Below are positions 9,018-18,369 of a DNA stretch of 64,000 bases, in pieces. The stretch covers positions 32,001 to 96,000 of IMG/VR virus record IMGVR_UViG_3300028048_000065. One strand, given 5' to 3'. The position numbers and the translations under genes are program-made. Source of the DNA: a virus. Taxonomy: Duplodnaviria > Caudoviricetes. Position 1 is the stretch's first letter; each line of letters opens with the position of its first letter. The notes beneath the pieces were generated by a model that did not search any database, was not told the origin of the DNA, and worked only from the letters and a program-made list of their open reading frames with translations.

Positions 9018-10137
9018 TGGAAATCAACTCCAAATAATGTTGTTTTAGTTTTTGTGCTGCGAGAACTAAATCTATTCTATCATTACTTTCGTCAAAAGTC
9101 AAGCGAATTTCTCCGCGAATATAATCTTCTGGCACTTTCATGTATTCAAGGACTTTACTTGGCTCCATGCTGCCCGTATTACAAGCACTTCCCGTACCAA
9201 TACAAATTTCGTCCTGATTCATCATCATTTGCAAAACTTCACTTTCAACATCCTTAAAACAAATATTGATAGTAGAATTTACACTGTTAGCTGGAGAGAC
9301 GATGTAAACATAATCATTGGCAAAATTGTCTTTCATAAGCTCATCATAAAATGCCTTTTTTAAGGTCTTACAATAAGCCATTTTACTCTCTTGTATGGCA
9401 ATAGCTTCATCAACAGCTAATGCCAAAGCGTGACAAAACGGGACATTTTCAGTTCCACCACGAGTTCCCTTTTCTTGATGCCCATAGATTAAAGGCTTAA
9501 TTTTGTCAGGAGGAAATACTTCTTTGTTAAAATAAACTACTCCAATATTTTTAGGAGCGCCAATTTTATGTCCTGACATTGTTGCACAATCTACTCCCCA
9601 ACCTTTAAGGTTAAGTTTTACGTTGCCAACAGCCTGAGTAATATCAGTATGAAATGCCATGCCGAGTTCATGCGCATAATGACTATATTTATTAAGATTA
9701 AAAATTTCTCCCGTTTCAGAATTTACAAGTTGCCAACTTAAAAGAAAATTTCCAAAAGAACTAATTCGAGCATTAGACAAAATATCATTAGAGAGCGCAC
9801 CTAATATAGCCATATCGAGATAATCATCATCAATAATACATGATTTCGGATTTAAAAGAATACTATCATGCTCATAAGGAGAGCACAGGCATTTGTTTCT
9901 CTGATTTAAAATCCAACTATTCCCCTCAGAAGCGCCAGAAGTAAAATAAATTTCATCGGTATCTACACCTAAACAATGTGCAATTTTTGCACGACTTGCT
10001 TCAAGGATTCGTTTGGATTCCATACCAATATCATACATGGTGCTCGCATTTCCCCACAGGTCTTGTAGGTCTTCTACTAATACTTGATAAATGCGGGGAT
10101 TGATTGGATTAGTTGCTGCGTGGTCTAAATAAATCAC
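9010..10137 (-). CDS. iscS: Cysteine desulfurase (IscS/NifS family)
   Basis: IYLDHAAT, FTSGASE, SGHKIGAPK (PLP Lys), GTENV, GSAC. Confidence 0.9.
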   Translation of the reverse strand: MIYLDHAATNPINPRIYQVLVEDLQDLWGNASTMYDIGMESKRILEASRAKIAHCLGVDTDEIYFTSGASEGNSWILNQRNKCLCSPYEHDSILLNPKSCIIDDDYLDMAILGALSNDILSNARISSFGNFLLSWQLVNSETGEIFNLNKYSHYAHELGMAFHTDITQAVGNVKLNLKGWGVDCATMSGHKIGAPKNIGVVYFNKEVFPPDKIKPLIYGHQEKGTRGGTENVPFCHALALAVDEAIAIQESKMAYCKTLKKAFYDELMKDNFANDYVYIVSPANSVNSTINICFKDVESEVLQMMMNQDEICIGTGSACNTGSMEPSKVLEYMKVPEDYIRGEIRLTFDESNDRIDLVLAAQKLKQHYLELISNG

Positions 10138-10313
10138 AACTTAATCTCCTTTTCAGCCTCATAATAAATATAGGCTGCCATTACGCTTTTATCATAAGGA
10201 GTAATCCTTACATCAGTAATCTTAGCCCCAGCCTTAATTAACTTCTTTTCTGCATCATGGATACTATAAACAATGTCTTTATAATATGCAGAAACATAAT
10301 AAATATAAATCAT
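10134..10313 (-). CDS. Small hypothetical protein
   Basis: GAGG RBS; GTGA overlap with iscS. Confidence 0.5.
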   Translation of the reverse strand: MIYIYYVSAYYKDIVYSIHDAEKKLIKAGAKITDVRITPYDKSVMAAYIYYEAEKEIKL

Positions 10314-10322
10314 TTTGTTACC

Positions 10323-10754
10323 TCAATCCCATAAATCAAAATAATATTTTTCAAAAAGTTCACAGAATTTGTGAAGTTCTTCTTTTCTCCATTTGTTCTG
10401 TTCACGAGTCTTTGCTTTACTATCTGCCATATGAGAATATCTTTCATCCGCAATTTCTTCAATTCCAGCATTGCGCAAATGAGTTGCCATCTCTTTAAGA
10501 ATACCTTTCCAATCATCTATGTTATTAATATTAATCTCCCAAGGATGAGAACAAGTATTCTCTGCATATTCGTCAAACATATCAGCAACGACATGAGCAA
10601 ACCAACTGTCCATGTCATACCAATCCGAACAGCAATATCCTTTAGTTACTCTCTGTTTAGCCCATTTCAACTGACGAGGCAGCATCTTTAAATTTTTCCA
10701 ATAAAGAAAAGACTTGTAATGAAAAAATTTATCGAAAACATTATATTTATTCAC
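10323..10754 (-). CDS. Hypothetical phage protein
   Basis: ORF ending ...YYFDLWD; operon packing. Confidence 0.6.
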   Translation of the reverse strand: MNKYNVFDKFFHYKSFLYWKNLKMLPRQLKWAKQRVTKGYCCSDWYDMDSWFAHVVADMFDEYAENTCSHPWEININNIDDWKGILKEMATHLRNAGIEEIADERYSHMADSKAKTREQNKWRKEELHKFCELFEKYYFDLWD

Positions 10755-11152
10755 TTCATCAAAACCTTTCCATTATATTTATTGCAAAGATAATAACCTA
10801 CACCTTCTGTTTCATCACGAGTATGAAAAAATTCAGCCAAAGAGGGGCAGGTAGTAATAGACCCAGCAGGAAAATAATCATACTTATCATAATTGACTTC
10901 CATGTATGCGTTACAATCTTCTTCTTGAGCATAAAATTCATTTACTGGGATAATATTACCTGTTCCATCAATTATAAATTCATCTGCTTGCATAGAAGAA
11001 ATGTAAAAATTAAAAGGGCGATTACCATTGAGAGCGGGAATAGTAATTTCAAAATCACTATTTGAATCAAATGTGCCACATGGAATAAAATAAAACACCT
11101 TAGCGTAACTGTTTTGCTTTACTTCTTCAAGAATCTTATTTACATCAAGCAT
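10751..11152 (-). CDS. Hypothetical protein
   Basis: Start MLDVNK after GAGG RBS. Confidence 0.55.
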   Translation of the reverse strand: MLDVNKILEEVKQNSYAKVFYFIPCGTFDSNSDFEITIPALNGNRPFNFYISSMQADEFIIDGTGNIIPVNEFYAQEEDCNAYMEVNYDKYDYFPAGSITTCPSLAEFFHTRDETEGVGYYLCNKYNGKVLMK

Positions 11153-11489
11153 TTTTGTTTTCCTCTGTTTCTTCAATTTTCTTAAAAATATAAAACTCAG
11201 ACCAAGAACCCACGTCAATAATAATTTCGCTCATATCTTCATTGAAATTCATTCGAGTATAATAACTCTTAAATGTAGATTTCTTTGCCTTTTCTTCATC
11301 GTAATGTTCGCCATATTTCTCTTTTAACTGGATGATTTTTACATCATTCATAGCATCAATATGACGCTTAATAACTTTCCAACCTTCAGAAAAATCGGAA
11401 TCAATACCAAAAGCTGTACCAATGGTTTCACAGTCTTTTAGCCAAAACTTCTTTCCTTTGCTATTTTTAAAAAATACTTGATATTTCAT
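11145..11489 (-). CDS. Hypothetical phage protein
   Basis: YYTR...IDVGSWSEFY; operon packing. Confidence 0.6.
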   Translation of the reverse strand: MKYQVFFKNSKGKKFWLKDCETIGTAFGIDSDFSEGWKVIKRHIDAMNDVKIIQLKEKYGEHYDEEKAKKSTFKSYYTRMNFNEDMSEIIIDVGSWSEFYIFKKIEETEENKNA

Positions 11490-11740
11490 CTTAAACTCTC
11501 CACATCAAATTCACCGTTAACGCATTTACCGTAACAATCATATTCAAAGGTATATTCATCATTAGAAAGAATGATACCAGTAATTACTTTTTGAAATTTA
11601 TGTGTAAACTTGTTTAACAGATTTTGTTCAATCACTTTAATTTCGCAAATCTGGTCATAAGCATCATAAGCTAAATCATGGACAATTACTTTCTAACTAT
11701 CCATTAAAATCAAGGTTTTATAAGGCAACTTTCTACCCAT
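11486..11740 (-). CDS. Hypothetical protein (TAG readthrough at codon 16; absent from the ORF track)
   Basis: AGGAG RBS, ATG at 11740, one TAG at 11693-11695, TGA overlapping the next ATG. Confidence 0.6.
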
Positions 11741-11792
11741 ATTTTTCTCCTTTATATAAAGAAACACCTATGGCTTCTCATTTTCTAATCTG

Positions 11793-11821
11793 AGTATACC
11801 ACAGGTGTTATTATTTGTCAA
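11793..11821 (-). promoter_or_regulatory. sigma-A promoter
   Basis: TTGACA-N17-TATACT, extended TG. Confidence 0.75.
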
Positions 11822-12537
11822 GTATTATTTTTAAGATTCTTTTTTAAAATTTCCTGAACTATATCTTTTGTAGGATAGCGTCCGCAACATTTATTTCCCT
11901 CTGGACAATACATAAGCGCTTCACAATTTGGAACAAGATAAGATTTAAGCTCAGGTAAAACCTTTAATACTTCGTCTCGACATTGACGTGCAAATTCCTG
12001 AGAAAAGTCTTCCGCACGGGAACATAAACGAATATTACAAAGATGGATAAGAGCCTCTAAATCAAAACCAATTACAAAGGCTGTATGAGTAGACATAGGT
12101 AAAACATAACGAGCTGATTGATTAGCAATTTCTGTTTTATTAGTTTTCTTTTGTACATACTCTTGAATTTCTTTGTATAGTTCTGCTGTAGCACTCATAT
12201 GTAAATCATATTTCTCCATAAGAACAGGATTATCTTTAATTGTAGCAGGAACTTCATAAGCAAAACCGCTTTCATTTATGTAGCGAAAACTACCACAATT
12301 CTTAAAAACTCCCTCTTCGGCTCGAATGATTTGGTCCATACAAGCTCTTGGAACGTCTGTTACATAAAACTTAAAAAAATCTCCGCGACTCCCTGAATAA
12401 TGACCTGATGCTTGACAATGTTTCCCAATTTTTTCAAGATTAGCTTCCATACCAGAAGCATAGCACACTTGAGCTACTTGCCCCCAATTATAATAAAGCA
12501 ATTTAATTTGCGTAGGATTTAAAAGTTCAACTTTCAA
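11818..12537 (-). CDS. thyX: Flavin-dependent thymidylate synthase ThyX-like (divergent motif)
   Basis: A.VCY, GH.S, Q..R...SFRY, ARYVLP, RLC.RA. Confidence 0.75.
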   Translation of the reverse strand: MKVELLNPTQIKLLYYNWGQVAQVCYASGMEANLEKIGKHCQASGHYSGSRGDFFKFYVTDVPRACMDQIIRAEEGVFKNCGSFRYINESGFAYEVPATIKDNPVLMEKYDLHMSATAELYKEIQEYVQKKTNKTEIANQSARYVLPMSTHTAFVIGFDLEALIHLCNIRLCSRAEDFSQEFARQCRDEVLKVLPELKSYLVPNCEALMYCPEGNKCCGRYPTKDIVQEILKKNLKNNT

Positions 12538-13142
12538 GCTCTTGTTTCTCCTTTCTTGTATTTCATTAAAAGATATTCAAATGTTTGTGGAGTATAATTC
12601 ATATAAGGCATCATACAACCAACATTAATCATTTGAGCTCTGTTTTGATAAGGATTATCAGACTGAGCTAATTTCTCTTTTGCCATTTTTGCAAAATCTT
12701 CCACCAAGCTTTGCTCAGAAGTTACATGAGTATGCCCATGTAAATGAAAAGTTTGTGGATAACAAGAACCATAATAACTTAGAATTGCATAATGAGAAAG
12801 GACTAAACGATAATCTTTTCCATCTACTTTTTCATTAAGCTCTTTATATGAAGTAATCTCAGCTAAAGCCTTTTGAACTCCTGTAGAATATTGCCTTGGG
12901 TCATGATTGCCTAAAATTAAATGAATATTGCCATTTAATTTATGAATAATACGAAGCCATTCATCAGAACCAGCTTTCCAAATGAAATCCCCCAATAAGT
13001 ATACATGGTCTCCATTAGAAACTTGATTGTTCCAGCGAGAAATAAGGTCAGCTTCCATTTCTTCTGTTGTATCGTATGGGCGAGAGTCGAACTTAATTAC
13101 GTTCGTATGAGATAGGTGTAAATCAGAAATGTAATAATTCAT
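12534..13142 (-). CDS. Calcineurin-like metallophosphoesterase
   Basis: SDLH, LGD, GNHD, HGHTH, NVG. Confidence 0.85.
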   Translation of the reverse strand: MNYYISDLHLSHTNVIKFDSRPYDTTEEMEADLISRWNNQVSNGDHVYLLGDFIWKAGSDEWLRIIHKLNGNIHLILGNHDPRQYSTGVQKALAEITSYKELNEKVDGKDYRLVLSHYAILSYYGSCYPQTFHLHGHTHVTSEQSLVEDFAKMAKEKLAQSDNPYQNRAQMINVGCMMPYMNYTPQTFEYLLMKYKKGETRA

Positions 13143-13573
13143 AGTGACTCACCAAATTTCTCCTTCTCAAGTTCATCTTCCCATCCATGAATAAACAAAA
13201 CATTACCATCAAAATCTGAAACCATATATTTATAATAGGGACAATAATCACAATAATCTGTATATACCCACTTTTTTAAATGAAGAAAGCCGTAACGTAT
13301 TGTTTCAATAGTATCTTCTTTTCCGATTTGCCTTAGATATTCTCGACAACATTTATGAGCTTCTTTTTCATTAGAGCAGGAAAGTTCAAAAGAACAAACA
13401 TGACGATGATTAAAGCCACAAAAATTTTCTTTCCTTTTTTCGTGAAATTCTTCATAAAATTCTTCTGCTAATTCTCTAAACTTTTTCCTATACTTGTCAT
13501 AGATAGGTTTTTCTTCATCAATTAAATGTTGAAGAGCAACATCTTCATGATGTGTATACTCAAGTTCTTTCAT
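13139..13573 (-). CDS. Hypothetical protein
   Basis: Start MKELEY after GAGG; Cys motifs. Confidence 0.5.
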   Translation of the reverse strand: MKELEYTHHEDVALQHLIDEEKPIYDKYRKKFRELAEEFYEEFHEKRKENFCGFNHRHVCSFELSCSNEKEAHKCCREYLRQIGKEDTIETIRYGFLHLKKWVYTDYCDYCPYYKYMVSDFDGNVLFIHGWEDELEKEKFGESL

Positions 13574-13823
13574 CTCGTCCCTCACTATACTTGAATTTTG
13601 CCCACTTGTGCTTTGCCATACATTCATTTTCATACTGACAATCAGCTTCACAACCATATACCATATATTGATTAGCACAATAATCGCAAGGCTGATAGCC
13701 ACAAGAAATTATCTCTGCCACATCTTTTGAATAGCCAATATGTTCCATTTTTTCATGAACAAGACAAGCTAACTTGTCGGGGAATTCTTTATCGCAATAA
13801 GTACAATAATATTTAACGTACAT
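13560..13823 (-). CDS. Small Zn-finger protein
   Basis: CxxC...CxxHE, CxxC. Confidence 0.55.
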   Translation of the reverse strand: MYVKYYCTYCDKEFPDKLACLVHEKMEHIGYSKDVAEIISCGYQPCDYCANQYMVYGCEADCQYENECMAKHKWAKFKYSEGRDERT

Positions 13824-14253
13824 TCTTTTTACCGTAAGCCTTTTCTTTCTGGTCTTCCAGAATTTCATTAAGTCCATCAAGATTTGGAGCTTGTGGACAA
13901 GGTTCGTTGCTAAATGTTGTAAGCATATTAATTAGCTTAACATGACGATAATCCATTGGCTTATAATTAGGGTCTTTGTACTTTGAACAAATAAACCTCC
14001 TACAAACATCAGGTCTTACCTCATAAATCATACACTTTTTATCTTCAGAAAGAAATGGGCAAATATCCATAAAATTAGAAGATAAAAGAGGAGTATAATT
14101 GTGTGGTTTAATCTCTGGATGCTTCTTGAGATACTTTTTAATGCGAAGAATCTGATTTGGATTTACAGGCAAAATTGCACTACAGCATCTTCCACATTGC
14201 GAACATTCTCTATCTTTAGTGTTATCAATAGGGGCTGCCATAAACTGATTCAT
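13813..14253 (-). CDS. YkgJ/CxxCxxCC Fe-S/Zn cluster protein
   Basis: CSQCGRCC, CPFL, C.IY..RP.VCR.F. Confidence 0.8.
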   Translation of the reverse strand: MNQFMAAPIDNTKDRECSQCGRCCSAILPVNPNQILRIKKYLKKHPEIKPHNYTPLLSSNFMDICPFLSEDKKCMIYEVRPDVCRRFICSKYKDPNYKPMDYRHVKLINMLTTFSNEPCPQAPNLDGLNEILEDQKEKAYGKKNVR

Positions 14254-14672
14254 GAAGCAATCTCCTCTCTAACACGCATAAGAATTTTTCCGAGCTTGTT
14301 TTGACCTACCCCATTACAAACTCCCCATGTAGTATCATGCCACCAATTTCCCTCTTCAAGATAAGCGTCACCAGTATCAAGAAGAAGTTTGGCGAGATTT
14401 TTGTTCTGAGTAAATTTTGCACTAACAATTTCATACATTGTTTGCTCTTTAATATCTTCCCAATCTTTGCGCAACTTACAATTCCTACCAGCAAGTTTTG
14501 CTTGAGCTGGATTCATGGAAACATATTTTTTACGGTCTTCATCTCTAATTTCTTTCTGCGCTTGAAAAGCCGCTTCTGAATTTTGATAGGTTAAGCCATT
14601 ATAACTTACAGGAGCATTATAAAAATTAGAGAGAAAAGCATAAGCATCAAAAAACTGTTTGATAGATTCCAT
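14250..14672 (-). CDS. NADAR (YbiA/DUF1768) family N-glycosidase
   Basis: FLSNFY, SEAAFQAQK, KFTQN, LLDTG..LEEGN, WG...G.N.LG..LM; start MESIK. Confidence 0.85.
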   Translation of the reverse strand: MESIKQFFDAYAFLSNFYNAPVSYNGLTYQNSEAAFQAQKEIRDEDRKKYVSMNPAQAKLAGRNCKLRKDWEDIKEQTMYEIVSAKFTQNKNLAKLLLDTGDAYLEEGNWWHDTTWGVCNGVGQNKLGKILMRVREEIAS

Positions 14673-14673
14673 T

Positions 14674-16626
14674 TTAAAGTCCTGCTTTCTTAATAAATTC
14701 GTCTTCTGACATAATAGGAATATTAAGCTTCTTAGCCTTTTCAGCCTTACTTGAACCACTATCTCCATCATTTGTAAGCAAGAAAGAAGTCTTTGCCGAT
14801 ACTGAACCAGAAAGCTTTCCTCCACGGTTAGTAATAATTTGCTCCAATTCTGAGCGTTTATAATTATTAAAGCTGCCCGTAACAACAAAAGTCTTACCTG
14901 AAATAAAATCATCTGCACTAACCTTGGGAGCTTCTTCAACAATAAAACTAAACTCCTTATCAAGACCAGCCCAAAGAGGATTAGGATTAACCCAAGCATC
15001 ATTCATAGCATCTGCCATTGCTTTACCAAAATCATCAAGAGTGCTAAAATCAAATCCATGTTCCCACGCATCTTTGAAGAAACCATAGTTACCATTAAAT
15101 GCCTTAGAAATAGTCTTACCAGCAGTCTTTCCAATAAGAGGAATACCAAGGGAAGTGATAAAATTACTCAGCTTAATCTCACGAGATAGCTCGATAGCTT
15201 CATAAAGCTTCTTATAACTCTTTTCACCAAAACCATCAAGCTTAATGATTTCATCCTTGTGGTCGGACAAATGATAAATGTCCGCAAAAGTCTTAATAAA
15301 GCCGAGGTCAATAAACTTAGAAAGGATTGCTTCACTCAAGCCATCAATATTTGCACAAGGCTTGGAAACAAAATGCACAAACTGAGCAAGCTGTTTAGCA
15401 GCACAAGAAAAATTGTCACACCATATAGTTTCAGCCCCTGATGAAGAAATTTCTCTGCGTAATTTACCGCCACAACAGGGACAGGTTTCAGGAATAATAA
15501 GATTATTACTTTCAGTAAAGTTCTTTACTATGTTAGGAATAACTTCATTCATTCTGGATACCGCTATTTCGTCTCCAATACCGAGTTTAAGGTTTTTAAT
15601 AAAGGTAATATTGTTTAAAGTAGCTCGTGAAGTAATAGCTCCCCCTAAGTCTACAGGCTTAAAAATGGCTGTTGGAAAAACTACTCCTGTTTTCCCTACA
15701 TTCCATTGTACATCCTCTAAAACAGTTTTAATCTGTTCCATTTTTCTTTTCCATGCAAATTGCGAGTTCAAATGATGGGATGTTGCTCCCAAAGATTCTC
15801 CAAAACTTACGTCATCATAAGAAACAACTAAACCATCAACAGGAATCTTAGCTTCCGAAGCTTTTTTATAATACATATTTTCAAAAAGTGACGGAAGTTC
15901 ATCTAAAGAAATTTTGCCATAAAATTTATGTGGAACTACTTCAAACCCCAAGTCACTTAAAATGTTTAAATTGTTTTCAAAAGAATTAGTTAAGGTCTCT
16001 CCTTTAACATATTTCCAAGCAATAAAACTTAAATTACGGTCTTTTGTTACTTGAGTATCGAGTTGTCTAATACCACCAGCAGCATAGTTGCGAGGATGAG
16101 AAAAATCATCTGAACAATTAGCCTGATTAAAAGCGTCCCATTTAACAATAATTTCTCCATCTACTACTATTTCGTCTTGTTCAGAAATTGTTAATGGAAC
16201 ATTAGAAACCATTTTTATATTTTCTGTTACATCTTCTCCAATAAAGCCATCTCCCCTTGTTTCTGCTCTTACTAATTTTCCTTTTTTATATAAAAGGCTA
16301 CAAGTAAGACCATCACATTTAAGCATAAAAACAACAGGTTGTTCCCCAATAAATTTCTTTATTTCTTCATTATCTGTGCTTTTAGCTAAACTTAGCATAG
16401 GATGGTTATGTTTAACTTTTTTTAAAGAAGATTGAATAGTAGCTCCAACCTTTTGAGTTGGAGAACCATTGAATTTTAATCCCGTTTCAGCTTCCAACGC
16501 TTTCAACTCATCAAAAAGTGCGTCGTATTCAGCATCTTCAACTAAAGAAATGTTATTATTATAATAAGAATTTCGATAAAAATTAATCTTTTCTATTAAT
16601 TCTAAAATTCTTTCTGACAATTTCAT
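14674..16626 (-). CDS. ligA: NAD+-dependent DNA ligase with BRCT domain
   Basis: KCDG adenylation motif, TRGDG, DGLV, CPCC Zn finger, BRCT; GGAG RBS 8 nt before ATG 16626. Confidence 0.93.
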   Translation of the reverse strand: MKLSERILELIEKINFYRNSYYNNNISLVEDAEYDALFDELKALEAETGLKFNGSPTQKVGATIQSSLKKVKHNHPMLSLAKSTDNEEIKKFIGEQPVVFMLKCDGLTCSLLYKKGKLVRAETRGDGFIGEDVTENIKMVSNVPLTISEQDEIVVDGEIIVKWDAFNQANCSDDFSHPRNYAAGGIRQLDTQVTKDRNLSFIAWKYVKGETLTNSFENNLNILSDLGFEVVPHKFYGKISLDELPSLFENMYYKKASEAKIPVDGLVVSYDDVSFGESLGATSHHLNSQFAWKRKMEQIKTVLEDVQWNVGKTGVVFPTAIFKPVDLGGAITSRATLNNITFIKNLKLGIGDEIAVSRMNEVIPNIVKNFTESNNLIIPETCPCCGGKLRREISSSGAETIWCDNFSCAAKQLAQFVHFVSKPCANIDGLSEAILSKFIDLGFIKTFADIYHLSDHKDEIIKLDGFGEKSYKKLYEAIELSREIKLSNFITSLGIPLIGKTAGKTISKAFNGNYGFFKDAWEHGFDFSTLDDFGKAMADAMNDAWVNPNPLWAGLDKEFSFIVEEAPKVSADDFISGKTFVVTGSFNNYKRSELEQIITNRGGKLSGSVSAKTSFLLTNDGDSGSSKAEKAKKLNIPIMSEDEFIKKAGL

Positions 16627-17730
16627 TTTATTACTCCATTTAATATAACGATTATATTTTCTATTAAGATAGATAGTAGCATCTTCATAAAGCCAATCAA
16701 GAAAAATTTTGCACTCTTGCATTTTGCTGAGTCTTAAATCCCATATTTGAGTTCGCGTTTCTTGATAAAGTGTAAAATTTACTTTTAACTTATCATATAA
16801 ATAATCTTTTATCGCATTTAAGAAATTATAATTACCTGTAAAATAACAACTTATTGAACGTCTCTTGCCACAACTTAACCCTCCATCTCCATCAAAATAA
16901 CCACGAATAAAATGTTTAATTAAATTCTCTTCTAAATAAGAGGGGAAAGTAATTTTAAAACTTTTATTTTGACACAGACCTTTTTCTAATAATTTTTGAG
17001 TCATTGCTACACTCTATATTACAAATGAAGGATAATATTTATCAGTCAATTTTTGGTAAATAAAAAATAAAGGTTTTTCATTTTTTGTAATTTGTCTAAA
17101 TTTTTCCAAATGTTCTACATCTTCAGGCTTTAACGTAATAGTTAAAGTATTTCTATCTTCACTTATACTGCCATCTGCAAAGACAAACCCTAAAAAGTAT
17201 GCCTTTTCCTAAGTATCAACATCATCAAAAAAGCTCAAATCAAAAGAATAAAGACGATGCCTATCTTCAAAAAGTTTTACATTTTCTTCTTTTAAAATTT
17301 CATACATGGTATTTGGAGTGGTTTTGTGTTTACGGCAAATTTCAATTAAATTTAATTTTTTATTGATATAATCTTCTTTTAATTCTTCTCTATTTATTTT
17401 TTCTTTATTAGTTGCTCTTTCCCACCCATATTTTCTTGCTAAACCGTGAAGTGCTGTTTGAGGTGCTTTATATTTTAAAACCAATTCATCTAAAGTTAAT
17501 ATTCCTTTTAAATAATCTTGCTTAAAATCATCTAAATGAGAATATAAAAAAGTATATTGATTGTTTCCTTTTGGCTCATTTAATCTATGAGAACTCAAAA
17601 AACGAGCCATTGTTGATTGAGAAACATTAAATCTTCGCCCAAGTTCTGTTATATTTACCCGCTAATTAAATAACTATTCAATCTTTTCTTTATTTTCTTC
17701 AAGCTAATCCTTCAAATATTTTTTACTCAT
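16627..17730 (-). mobile_element. HTH + LAGLIDADG homing endonuclease, in frame with ligA (no stop), 5 TAGs
   Basis: AYFLGFVFADGS and FIRGYFDGDG motifs; TAG at 17704, 17674, 17662, 17209, 17014; continuous frame 17730->14674. Confidence 0.8.
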
Positions 17731-18175
17731 TGTCATGTACTCCGTTCAACTTATTAACAGCGTCAACAAGTTCATTAATTTTATTTAAAACTTTTTTATA
17801 TAAATGCTCATAATTATAAGCAGGAGATTCACAAATTCTTTTAAAGTAAGCAAGAGTATTTTCTGGAAGCTTTTCGATTGTTTTATCTGTTTTAGTTGCA
17901 CTAATAATTTCACTATTGTCATTAATTTTATAAATTCCAATTTGCGAAAACGTTCTTCCAATTAGGTATGCTGGACATCTAAAAATGAGTCCCGCTTTTT
18001 CTCCGTCTGTCCTCACTCCAATTAGAACTTTCGTGGTGACTTCAACAGTTTTTTTAGTTAAATTCGAAACGAAGCTGTTATCGACTTCCTCAATTTCTGT
18101 AATATAACCAGTCCAACCATTTCTTGCGACTACAATATTTCCAATATTGATTTTGTCTAAAGTAATCTTCTCCAT
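17723..18175 (-). CDS. Hypothetical protein
   Basis: Operon packing; ends KINELVDAVN. Confidence 0.55.
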   Translation of the reverse strand: MEKITLDKINIGNIVVARNGWTGYITEIEEVDNSFVSNLTKKTVEVTTKVLIGVRTDGEKAGLIFRCPAYLIGRTFSQIGIYKINDNSEIISATKTDKTIEKLPENTLAYFKRICESPAYNYEHLYKKVLNKINELVDAVNKLNGVHDNE

Positions 18176-18369
18176 TATGCGTGTCTCCAATCATCTTTTG
18201 CGTCTAAAATTTTTTTATATTCATCGTCCGAAACATCCCCAAATAAAAGATGGATTTTATTTGCTTGTTCACCACAACATCTTGTGTCTCTAAAATCCTC
18301 TGACCACAATATATTGTGGTATGACGGTCGTTTTTTGGCCGAAAACCACAATTTTTCGTTTTTATCCAT
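18175..18369 (-). CDS. Small hypothetical protein
   Basis: TAATG coupling with the downstream gene. Confidence 0.5.
   Translation of the reverse strand: MDKNEKLWFSAKKRPSYHNILWSEDFRDTRCCGEQANKIHLLFGDVSDDEYKKILDAKDDWRHA

Noticed and set aside
14673-15002. N-terminal extension of the NADAR ORF
   Set aside because: It overlaps the ligase BRCT domain in another frame; the real start is MESIK at 14672.
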